Assembly: GCF_006345805.1 (NCBI RefSeq)
Contig: NC_043004.1
Span: 92,318,001 to 92,382,000 of the forward strand
DNA length: 64,000 nucleotides
DNA from: Octopus sinensis
Taxonomy: Eukaryota
Direction: 5' to 3'
Positions 53,449-64,000 of this stretch are shown here, one piece after another (the stretch's first letter is position 1; the number at the start of each line of letters is the position of its first letter). Position numbers and translations under genes: made by a program. The notes under the pieces were generated by a model. The model was given only the letters and a program-made list of their open reading frames with translations. It made no database searches and was not told the DNA's origin.

Positions 53449-54045
53449 TAAGGCTGCGAGCTGGCAGAATAGTTAGTGAGCCGTCGAAGTGCTTAGCAGC
53501 ATTTCGTCCGTCTTTACATTCTGGGTTCAAATCCCGCCGAAGTCGATTTTGCCTTTCATCCTTTCGGGGTTGATTAAATAAGTACCAGTTACGCACTGGG
53601 GTCGATGTAATCGACTAGTCTTCTCCCCCAAAATTTCTGGCCTTGTGCCTTTAGTGGAAAGGATCATTAGTCCACTAAGTTTGACTTTGCCTTTCATCCT
53701 TTCGGATAAGTACCAGAGGAGCACTGGGGTCGATGTAATCGACTAGTCCTCTCCCACAAAATTTCTGGCCTTGTGCCTTTAGTGGAAAGGATCATTAGTC
53801 CACTAAGTTTGACTTTGCCTTTCATCCTTTCGGATAAGTACCAGAGGAGCACTGAGGTCGATGTAATCGACTAGTCCTCTCCCACAAAATTTCTGGCCTT
53901 GTGCCTTTAGTGGAAAGGATCATTAGTCCACTAAGTTTGACTTTGCCTTTCATCCCTTCGGATAAGTACCAGAGGAGCACTGGGGTCGATGCAATCGACT
54001 TACTCTCTCCCCTCAAAAACTGCTGGCCCGGTGTCAAAATTTGAA
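53449..54045 (+). mobile_element. SINE family A with a 128-bp internal unit repeated 3 times plus a partial copy
   Basis: taagtaccag recurs at 53579, 53707, 53835 and 53963. Confidence 0.9.
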
Positions 54046-54175
54046 ACTATTATTACGACGTTGAGTAGTGAATCTGCTAAGTCCGGAGACAGTTGAAAAT
54101 AACTTACAGTTTTTAAGTGCACTTTTATGTTTCCCCAATTTCTCTTACTGCACTCCCTCTCTCTTTCTCTCTCTT

Positions 54176-54212
<37 letters not shown>

Positions 54213-54240
54213 TTCAGTTAATCTGCCTATGTGACTCCTA

Positions 54241-54283
<43 letters not shown>

Positions 54284-54932
54284 AGAATGAGTGAGAGAGA
54301 GAGAGAGATAGAAAGGCGGACAGAATACAAATACGTACACACGTACACATATAGAAAGAAAGAGGAGGAGAGAGAAATTAAGTGTGCGTGTGTATGTGTG
54401 TGTGTGTGTGTGATAAAACCTAGCACACATTTTTCTGCAAACCAGGCCGCTATTATTGATTAGTAACAATCTGGCTTACAAGCAACAATCTATGGATCTG
54501 CTCGGTCGGTTAACAGTGAGCAGTATGAGTGAGGCAGTTAGAGAAACATTTAACAGTACATTCACTCGATGAAGTTTCATTCTAGACTGATAGGACGGAC
54601 ACGTTGCTATGCCCAATGAATGAACTCACACAATACTATAACAACTGCTGTTTATCATAAACAGATATGTTAATGATTCAACAATGTGGAAATGCTATTC
54701 AACCCCCGATCGTCCTCTCTTCCGCCTTCCGTTCATACTTTGTCATTATGCTCCGACGAGGTGTTTCGTTATGCTTCTCTGACGAAATACAAAGACAAAG
54801 GCCGACCGGTACTCAAACGTTCTGTTCATAGTACTAACAAATCGATCGCGTGGAGGTGCGTGTGTAAGTACTTGTGTACGTGCGAGGACGGGAACGTTGT
54901 GTGTATGCATGCAAGGATGCTTATAAGAACAT

Positions 54933-54964
<32 letters not shown>

Positions 54965-54966
<2 letters not shown>

Positions 54967-55188
54967 TTCTTCATTGCCCACAAGGGGCTAAACATAGAGA
55001 GGACAAACAAAGGGATTAAGTCGATTACATCGACCCCAGTGCGAGACTGGTACTTTTATTTATCGACCCCGAAAGGATGAAAGGAAAAGTCGACCTCGGC
55101 GGAATTTGAACTCAGAACTTAACGACAGACGAAATACCGCGAAGCATTCCGCCCGGGGCGCTAACGTGTCTGCCAGCTTGCCGCCTTG
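54965..55188 (-). mobile_element. SINE family A, full length
   Basis: Reverse complement of the 57120-57342 type. Confidence 0.88.
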
Positions 55189-55372
55189 CCACACACATAT
55201 ATATATATATCACACGTCTCCGTATATATGTGCCTCTGTGTGTGTGTGCGTGCGTGTGTGTGCATGTGTATGTGTAAAGATTTGAGCTTGCATATTTTCA
55301 TTAAGATATTCATCACTATAATTTTTCCAAATTTTAATAGATACACACATATATATTATCCATGAATATATA

Positions 55373-55837
55373 TAGGCGCAGGAGTGGTTGTGTGGTAAGT
55401 AGCTTGCTTACAAACCTCATGGTTCCGGGTTCAGTCCCACTGCGTGGCATCTTGAGCAAGTGCCTTCTGCTATAGCCCCGGGCCGACCAATGCCTTGTAA
55501 GTGGATTTGGTAGACGGAAACTGAAAGACGCCAGTCGTATATATGTATATATATATGTGTGTATGTGTGTGTGTGTGTGTGTGTATATGTATATATGTAT
55601 ATATATATATGCATGTATATGTGTGTATATGTTTGTGCGTCTGTGTTTGTCCCCCTAGCATTGCTTGACAACCGATGCTGGCGTGTTTACGTCCCCGTCA
55701 CTTAGCGGTTCGGCAAAAGAGACCGATAGAATAAGTACTGGGCTTACAAAGAATAAGTCCCGGGGTCGATTTGCTCGACTAAAAGGCGGTGCTCCAGCAT
55801 GGCTCCAGTCAAATGACTGAAACAAGTAAAAAGAGTA
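55373..55837 (+). mobile_element. SINE family B, full length
   Basis: Head to tail match with an internal microsatellite. Confidence 0.92.
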
Positions 55838-56427
55838 TCTATGTATATACGCACGCACATTCTAGCATATTACCCGTAATAAATTAGAGCGTTCATTCCT
55901 GTCTCGTTTTAGTAATATAATTCATTTACTTGTTTCGGTCCTTGCTCTTTGCTTCTGCTTTTTATTGTTTCTGGTTCTTTTGCAGAAAATCATTTCAAAT
56001 TACACCAACTAATGACTTGTGAATTTTCTCGCCTTCTTCTGCAAATCGAAGACCAGCAATTCCTTTGTAACTGTGAATCTCTACTCTGTTCGCTTTCGAG
56101 TTAATTACATGTTGCATATTTGAAAAGTCGTCTGTTCATTTCCCTTATTCTTACGCTCTTACTCCCTTCCGTTATAGTCACTGGCTCATATACTCCTTTA
56201 TTGCTCCTCTTTTTTCATCTTCCTATACAGATGACTCTCACTTTCCTCTCCTCTTTCTCTCCCCCCTCTCTCCCCCTCTCTCTCCTCTCATTCAAAATAC
56301 ATTTACCCTTTCTGTCCAAATTCCCCCCAGCAAGCAGACATTTCGACAGCATACACAATTGCTCTCTCTCTCCCTTTCTCTTTCAATCTACCTGGCTCTA
56401 CTTATCTATCTATCTATCTATCTATCC

Positions 56428-56460
<33 letters not shown>

Positions 56461-56509
56461 CCTATCTATCTATCTGCCTGTCTGTCTGTCTGTGTGTCTA
56501 TCTTTCTCT

Positions 56510-56545
<36 letters not shown>

Positions 56546-57119
56546 CTATCTAACCATCTCTACATATCTACCTCCCTACGTATCTATATTTATTTATCTA
56601 ACTACCAACCGATCTATCTATCTATCTATCTGTTTATTTATCTATCTATCTATCTCTTTCTCTCCCATTTTCTGTCGAAACTATCAATCACCCACCTATC
56701 CTAATATCTATGTAATTAACCCCTATATATTATACTCTCCCTCCTCCAACTTAACTCTTTCCACACATCCACTTCTTTCTTCCATATTCCTACAGCACGA
56801 CAGGAAGAGATAAACCAGTTAAGAAAGGAAATTACACGTAACTAGAGTGTGATATCAGTTATCACACACACAACATACATATGTGTTTGTGTGTTTGTTG
56901 CAACTGGACACGCCTGAAATTCACGGTATTAATTCTTCTAATCGGTGTATTTATTTAATTTGAAAGCTCTACAATTAATTAGAAATTAGTTGCGGCTATT
57001 ACCAATATCTATGCGAAATAAATGAAAGGGCAGAATAAATCTCGATTAGATTTCTCAGAAGATGTTATATAAATAACATTTGACCAAGAGAGGTTATATA
57101 TTAAACGATATGGACGTAC

Positions 57120-57342
57120 TAAGGGAGGCGGCGAGCTGGCAGAAACGGTAGCACGCCGGACGAAATGCGTAGCCGTATTTCGTCTGCCGTTACGTTCTGA
57201 TTTCAAATTCCGCCGAGGTCGACTTTGCCTTTCATAAATTAAGTACCAGTTACGCACTGGGGTCGATGGAATCGACTTAATCAGTTTATCTGTCCTTGCT
57301 TGTCCCCTCTGTGCTTAGCCCCTTGTGGGTAGTAAAGAAATA
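57120..57342 (+). mobile_element. SINE family A, full length
   Basis: 13-bp TSD gatatggacgtac at 57107-57119 and 57343-57355. Confidence 0.93.
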
Positions 57343-57814
57343 GATATGGACGTACAAGGGAAGTGCAATGAATGTTTGTATGCACAATTAACGCATTTAG
57401 TGTTAACAAATTATTGACAACACCTCCAAGGTTTATTACTATATTTAAATATTGGTTTTTGGATCCTGATTTTCACGGCAAAAAGAATACATGAATAAAA
57501 TACATTACATATTGGTCTCTACCCGAAGCAACCAAACTGGGTCAACATTTGGCTGCTTAGCTGGACAATAAATACTGAACTATGAGTAAAACTTTCTGCT
57601 TTTGGAGAATAAGGAATCTGGAATTCAGTGATGTTCATGTTCATATTTTAAGATTTTGTGTGTGACATATTATATCCATCATAATTTATTAATAGAGAAA
57701 GTTACGGAAAACCGGTTGCACCGAGTCACTCGGGTAAGCATAAACAGAGGAGGATATACACTTTTATATATTTATACAAACACATTCGTGTGTGTGTGTG
57801 TGTGCGCGCGCGCG

Positions 57815-58370
57815 CGAGTCTTTTGTCTTGCTTCAGTCGTTTGAGTGCACCCAGGCTGGGGCACCGCCTTCAAGGGATTTTAGTCGAATAAATCGACCCT
57901 AATTTTTTTCTCTAAAGCTTAGTACTTATTTTATCGGTGTTTTATGCCGAAACGCTAAGTCACGTGGACATAAACACGGCAGTAACGGTTGTCAAGCGGT
58001 GATGGGGACAAACACAGACACAGTCTTACGCATAAATATATACATACGTACATATATATAAATATACAAATGTGTATGTGTGTATGTGTGCGTGTGTGTA
58101 TGTATGTATGTATGTATGTATGTATGTATGTAGTATGTATGTATGTATGCTAACGACGGGTTTCTTTCAGCTTCCGTCTTCGAAATCCACAGACAAAGCT
58201 TCCATCGGCCTGAGGTTATAGTGGAAGAGACTTGTCCAAGGTGTTACGCCGTAGGACTGAACCCAGACCCATGTGCTTACCTCTCAGCCACACCTAACTT
58301 TTATGCGTTATTTGTTTCAGTCACTTGACTGCGGCTACGCTGGGGCACCGTCTCGAAGAATTTTTGTCGA
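57815..58370 (-). mobile_element. SINE family B pieces split by microsatellite
   Basis: Reverse-complement matches to the tail (57815-58020) and head (58155-58290). Confidence 0.7.
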
Positions 58371-58609
58371 ATGAATATATATGTACATGTGTGTGTGTGT
58401 GTGTGTATGTGTGTGTGCGAGTGGGTGTGTGTGTTTGTGTATTTCAAAAATTGATCAGAGATGGGTCACTGTAAACATAATTATTAAAATAAAAGTTATC
58501 ACAAAATAGCCATCTCTACTCATTTTTTCAAATATATAATACTCTACCAAGAACTTTCTTTTTATAATTCTACTATATATATATACATTAGATATATAGA
58601 TAGACAGGT

Positions 58610-58682
<73 letters not shown>

Positions 58683-59019
58683 TTTTACATGTGGGTGTGT
58701 AAGACGAGCTTATATGGTTTTCCGTGCATGCATGTATTGATGCGAGTATGCACATCTATACAAACCCTTATATACAACTATATACTTACACATACTGCCC
58801 CTTCCTACTTCCCCTCTAACAACCTGACCGATTTCCTAAACACCACGTGATCTATTTGGTTTCCTCGACGCGGTCAGTTTCCTGTTCACCATGCGGTATT
58901 TTCCAACTTAACTGTTACTCATATACCAGCATCAAACCACGACGCCGTGTGACCTCCCTCGACCAATCGCAGCCCACCTTACGGTAATAACAATCAACTT
59001 CTGTCATTCAAGTTCAAAA

Positions 59020-59061
59020 TGGCTGACGACTAGCTTCACGCTTAAAACTCACGGAGTACCA
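59020..59061 (+). ncRNA. Hammerhead motif with G12 to A substitution
   Basis: tgg-CTGACGA-ct-agc[ttcac]gct-t-AAAA-ctc[acg]gag-TA-cca. Confidence 0.45.
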
Positions 59062-59208
59062 ACGAACTTGAATCAAGCTGTTTTGATCCATACATGTAAT
59101 TCCCAATAAATTTGTTGAATGACTTTCTTTCGTTTGTCCACTCTAGCATTGTTGTTTTTTCTTGTTGTGTTCGTTCCTCGTTTTTTTGGGGGGGATTTAC
59201 TATATATA

Positions 59209-60452
59209 CAGGGGTTGGACAAAATAATGGAAACATCTAGCATCATAGCATCATAATTTTGAAATATCTATAAAGTAGTCAAAAGCGTGTTTATTTTAAT
59301 GTTTTTTTTTTAGTTATTATTAGTCTTGCTTAATATGTTTTGCTAAATTTGCTGTTTCTTTTGAGTTATCATAAGAAAAAGGCAATTAAAATTCATTAAA
59401 ATGATAGATCAATCGCACTTTCAAAGAGGCCAAATTGTTGGTGCTCGTATGGCAGGCTCTAGCGTAACGGAAATAACCAAAATGCTTGGTGTATCAAGAA
59501 GTGTCTTGAAAGTAATGACACCTTTTGAGAAAGAAAGAAAAACCTCCTCATCGAAACAAAACTCCGGAAGAGAAACAAAAGTTGCAGATAGGGACGGTTG
59601 GACTCCTTCGCGAATTGTTAGAAAGGATCACAAAAGTACAGCTCTCAAAATTACTGCAGAGCTTAATGACCATCTCGAGAACCCAGTTTCCAAAAAAACT
59701 GTTCGCTAGGAGCTGCACAAAGACGGATTTCACAGGCAGGCTGCAATCAGAAAATCACTACTTTCAAAAACAAGCGTTTAGAGTGGAGGAAAAACCTACA
59801 AAATTGGTCCCTAAAGCAGTGGAAGATTGTTATTTTCTTGGACGAGTCATCCTTTACCTTATTTCCGACCACCGGACGAATATACGTGTGGAGACAGCCA
59901 AAAGAAGCATTTGACTCAGACTGCCTTCTTCCAACTGTTAAACAGGAAGGAGGATCTGTAATGATCGGTGGTGGGGCCTATACCTTGGAAATACGCTGGC
60001 CCAATGGTTTCCCTTCATGGCAAAATTAATAGTCAAGACTATTTATGCATTTTATCTGATCAAATTCATCCGATGGTTGCGAAATTGTTTCCGGAGGAAA
60101 ACGCAATCTATCAATGTATCATCTCATACAGCTAAAGTTGTTATTGAATGGCATGAGGAATATTCTAGTGCAGTTGAACATCTTGTCTGGCCACCACAGC
60201 CCCCAGATCTCAATATTGTTGAACATGTATGGTCCATTTTAGAAAAACAAATAAGGAGTCGATATCCACCGCCATCATCACTATAAGAACATGAGACCGT
60301 TCTAGCTGAAGAATGGACAAAAATTCCTTTGGAAACAATTCGAAATTTGTGCGAGTCCATACCTCGTAGAATTCCAGCTGTAATTACTACCCAATATTAA
60401 AATAAATTTGTTTGAAATTTTAAGGCGTTTCCACTATTTTGTCCAACTCCTG
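59209..60452 (+). mobile_element. Complete but decayed Tc1 (DD34E-type) transposon in (TA)n
   Basis: ~26-bp TIRs caggggttggacaaaataatggaaac (59209-59234 / 60427-60452) flanked by TA. Transposase 59401-~60400 has an HTH-like N-terminus, DESSF and WPPQPPDLNIVEHVW, with a stop and frameshifts. Confidence 0.95.
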
Positions 60453-60556
<104 letters not shown>

Positions 60557-60632
60557 TTTCAAAGTCATTTTATTCCACACGGGTAGAAATATTGTAAAAA
60601 CAATATTGTGTGTGTATTATATTGGCATATTT

Positions 60633-60676
<44 letters not shown>

Positions 60677-60686
60677 ATATATATGC

Positions 60687-60756
<70 letters not shown>

Positions 60757-61942
60757 TATATATTATATATATATATATCTATATATATATCATATATATG
60801 TATGTATATATATATATATTATGTATGTATATATATATATATTATATATATATATAAATGCATATTCTTGTCACTAATTTCAGTCATTGGACAATTGACC
60901 ATTGTGGAGCAGCACCTTCTAGAATTTCATATCGATATCTTTGTCATATCGATCCTAGGAGTGATTGCAATTTGTTCCTAACTTTACTGTCTCATTAGTG
61001 ATCTGCGAAACTCAAGCTCAAATATGGTACCATTTAAACTGGAATATTCATAAAACAAGGTCGGACAAAAATACACACAACGCGTGGCAACACGGTTATA
61101 CATGCACGCGCGCGCGCACGCGCACACGCACACGTACACACACACACACGTCTTAGCACGCGTCTTACAAAAAGTCAATTACTCATACAAATATTTTCGC
61201 AAATTCGTAAACACTCTCCGTAACGCTTACATACAAGCACTCAATCGTATCTCACACGTACATACTCTCAGAATCCAACAAAAAAGATTCTACGTAGTCG
61301 CTCGGCATGCTAGAAATAGCAGCGAATTATACTGAAACTAAACTTTACTGTGTTAAATTACGAAAGGAGGTGTTAGTTAATCTATTTCTACATATCCCTG
61401 AACGAACAGAAAGATCACGGCTGTAATATATTCGACCATAGTCAGCTTGATCGGTGGTGACCTGGAGGTTAAGCAATAATGACAAACGCTCTCACGAATC
61501 ATAATATAATTACAGTTGGCGGTGAAAACTTAATAATATAGTGTAGATGAATAGTTGCTGATGTAGTGCACATGAATAATTAATGATATGATGTACAGGT
61601 GCAATTAATGACGTGGTATATAGACATAGGTGTACATGTATACTGCAACTAACTGCTCCTATGCCAAAATGTGCGTATGTGTGTGCGTGTTTATGTGTGA
61701 GTGTGTGTCAGTGAATGTCTATGTGTTTGTGTGTGTTTATTCAAATGAGGTGAGTTACAAACCTAGTTGTGGCTATTTCGAATTTGAAATTAATATTCTC
61801 ACTCAACCATATGTTATAGTATATTCATCATTAAATTGCAGTTACCCTAGTTTTTCGAGCGGATATCTCTTTTAATATGCACATATTTGTACACACATAT
61901 ACATTATATAGAAAGAAGAAAGGACGAGTGGATATATATATA

Positions 61943-61982
<40 letters not shown>

Positions 61983-61992
61983 GGGGGGAGCG

Positions 61993-62089
<97 letters not shown>

Positions 62090-62190
62090 CATACACACAT
62101 ACATACATACATACATACATACATACATACATAGACAGAGAGATAGACAGATAGACAGACAGATAGATAGACAGATAGATAGATAGATAG

Positions 62191-62510
62191 ATAAGTTTCT
62201 TTATTGGCCACACAGGGCTGCACACAGATGGGACAAGTTACAAGGTAGAGCTTTTCTTTTGGGGGATGAAAAAAAACAAAAAACAAAAGAAAAAAAAAGG
62301 GGTGGCGTGGGTTTTCGATCAAGAGGGATCGTAAAAGGGGAGAAAAGAACAAAAAAAATAAATAAAAAATAAATAAATAAATAAATAAAATAAAAAATAA
62401 AAAGAATAAAAAGAAAAAAAATAGAAAAGGAAAAGGAACAAAAGAAAAGAGAGATGAAAAAAGAAGAAAAAAAGGGGGAAAAAAGGGGGAAGAGGAAAAA
62501 AAGAGCGATC
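62191..62510 (-). mobile_element. Tx1/L1-like 3' UTR inserted next to (GATA)n
   Basis: Minus strand ttgtcccatc...gtggccaataaagaaac resembles 53080-53145. Confidence 0.55.
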
Positions 62511-62740
62511 AATTGGGATCGTGTATCACAGTGTTATGATATATGGTGTAAAGGGGAAAGCAAGTAAGGTTTATCCGTGGGAAGAAAAGCCTACGAAAAA
62601 GACCACGGTAACCTTGGTCAATATTGTTATATGTTACCACATTTGTTTGCAAGTGGGTAACCCTCTGTTTTCAATTTCTGGGTTCATAGGATTATGCTCA
62701 AGGTGGCTTCGATAGCGGGTCACCTTAAGCTAGTATATAT

Positions 62741-62786
<46 letters not shown>

Positions 62787-62811
62787 GATAGATAGATAGA
62801 TAGATAGACAC

Positions 62812-62882
<71 letters not shown>

Positions 62883-63796
62883 TGAATATGGGTTTATGTA
62901 GACAAGTGTACATCTTTGTGCATGCATGAGTATATACAAGGACGTTTGAAAATATGTCTGTGTAAGTGTGTGTGTATGTTTGTGTTCGTGTGCGTGCCTG
63001 CTTGTGTGTTTGTGTGTGTGTGTCCGTGCTGGTAGATGTATATGTCTGTATGTGTGTAAACCTGTTATGCATCAACCTCCCAAGTTACATCTTGACTCGT
63101 TTAATTGAAGCATTTAATAACTGCGTACCATAAATAATTGGAAATTAGTTTTCCTTATAACCAATGTCTATATAGAATAAATTAACGGAAAGAACAACTC
63201 GCAGATATACTCATACAAAGAAAATATATGTACATTTACCTTACAATAAACTTTCAGTACATCTCTACGTTTCAGCGACTACTCGTTTCTTCAGCCAGTG
63301 GACGCAAAGAGATACGCCTGTAAACTGCTGATGTAAATGTAAAATCAGAAAAAAAAGATTTATCTCATAATTTGACACAAATGAACTGCACAAAGTACAT
63401 CCTAATACTTCTAATCAAGGTATTCAATGAGAGTGCTCTATAACCAATCAGAGAGATTAGTGGGGACTGGAAACAATGTCTTTATGAAATAATTATATCT
63501 ATGTGCACTCTGTTATATATGAATATCACTGTGCCTACTAACTTACGGCTAAATGGACGCTAATATGTGTGTGTTTGTGCATATACACACGTGTTTGTGT
63601 TTCTACGTGAGTGTATATATACTAATATATACATTTTAAAATTAGTATATATACAAATATGTCTCTCTCTCTCTACATCTCTCTCACTCTACCTCTCTCT
63701 CCCCCTCTCTCTCTATATATAGATTAATGCTGTAATCAAAGCACATAATTGTATACATATATACTAACAGGAACTATAATTTTTTTGATGTTGTAA

Positions 63797-64000
63797 TTAT
63801 TATTATTATTATTATTATTGAGTGAGAGAGCGGTGCATGCCATCAAAGTGACACTGGGGTAAAATATATGAAGCCCAGTATGCCCATCTTGACTACCCAT
63901 CTGATAAGGGTACAACAGGCACATGCATCACAACCATGTGTGCGCGACATGTGATCTCATATCAAGATAAACAGAACATGACCTTGCAGGTTAGAATTTT
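63797..64000 (-). mobile_element. 3' part of an interspersed repeat with (AAT)n tail, cut by the window edge
   Basis: Recalled octopus repeat gagagagcggtgcatgccatcaaagtgacactgggg; not verified. Confidence 0.5.

Noticed and set aside
53579-54045. CRISPR-like regular repeats
   Set aside because: Contiguous tandem units with no unique spacers, SINE-derived, in eukaryotic context.
60305-60340. CTGAAGA...GAAAC inside the Tc1 element
   Set aside because: Lies in transposase coding sequence (AEEWTKIPLET), so it is a chance match.

Overview
AT-rich, microsatellite-saturated eukaryotic DNA. It is most likely intronic or intergenic sequence from an Octopus-type cephalopod; this is inferred from recalled octopus SINE and Penelope families and is not database-checked. 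I could not confidently identify a host protein-coding gene, and almost all entries in the ORF track are microsatellite or SINE artefacts. The window is a mosaic of about 30 tRNA-derived SINE copies from at least 4 families, a complete but decayed Tc1 DD34E element with TIRs, a non-autonomous Helitron, and Penelope-like (PLE) RT/GIY-YIG fragments. It also holds CR1-, RTE-, Tx1/L1- and probably R4-type LINE remnants. The main signal is a dense set of hammerhead-ribozyme (HHR) motifs in PLE-type terminal repeats abutting (TA)n tracts. Three look fully intact (4534-4624, 5313-5393, 22947-22993), one of them with a compensatory G3:C8 core. One more has an intact core with a stem I mismatch (25633-25721), and about seven are decayed. 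Several sit in near-perfect fold-back hairpins whose antisense arm would sequester the ribozyme. The window also has several local inverted or templated duplications and one candidate RFX/CCAAT promoter. SINE family letters A-D are my own labels, and most SINE and LINE boundaries are approximate.
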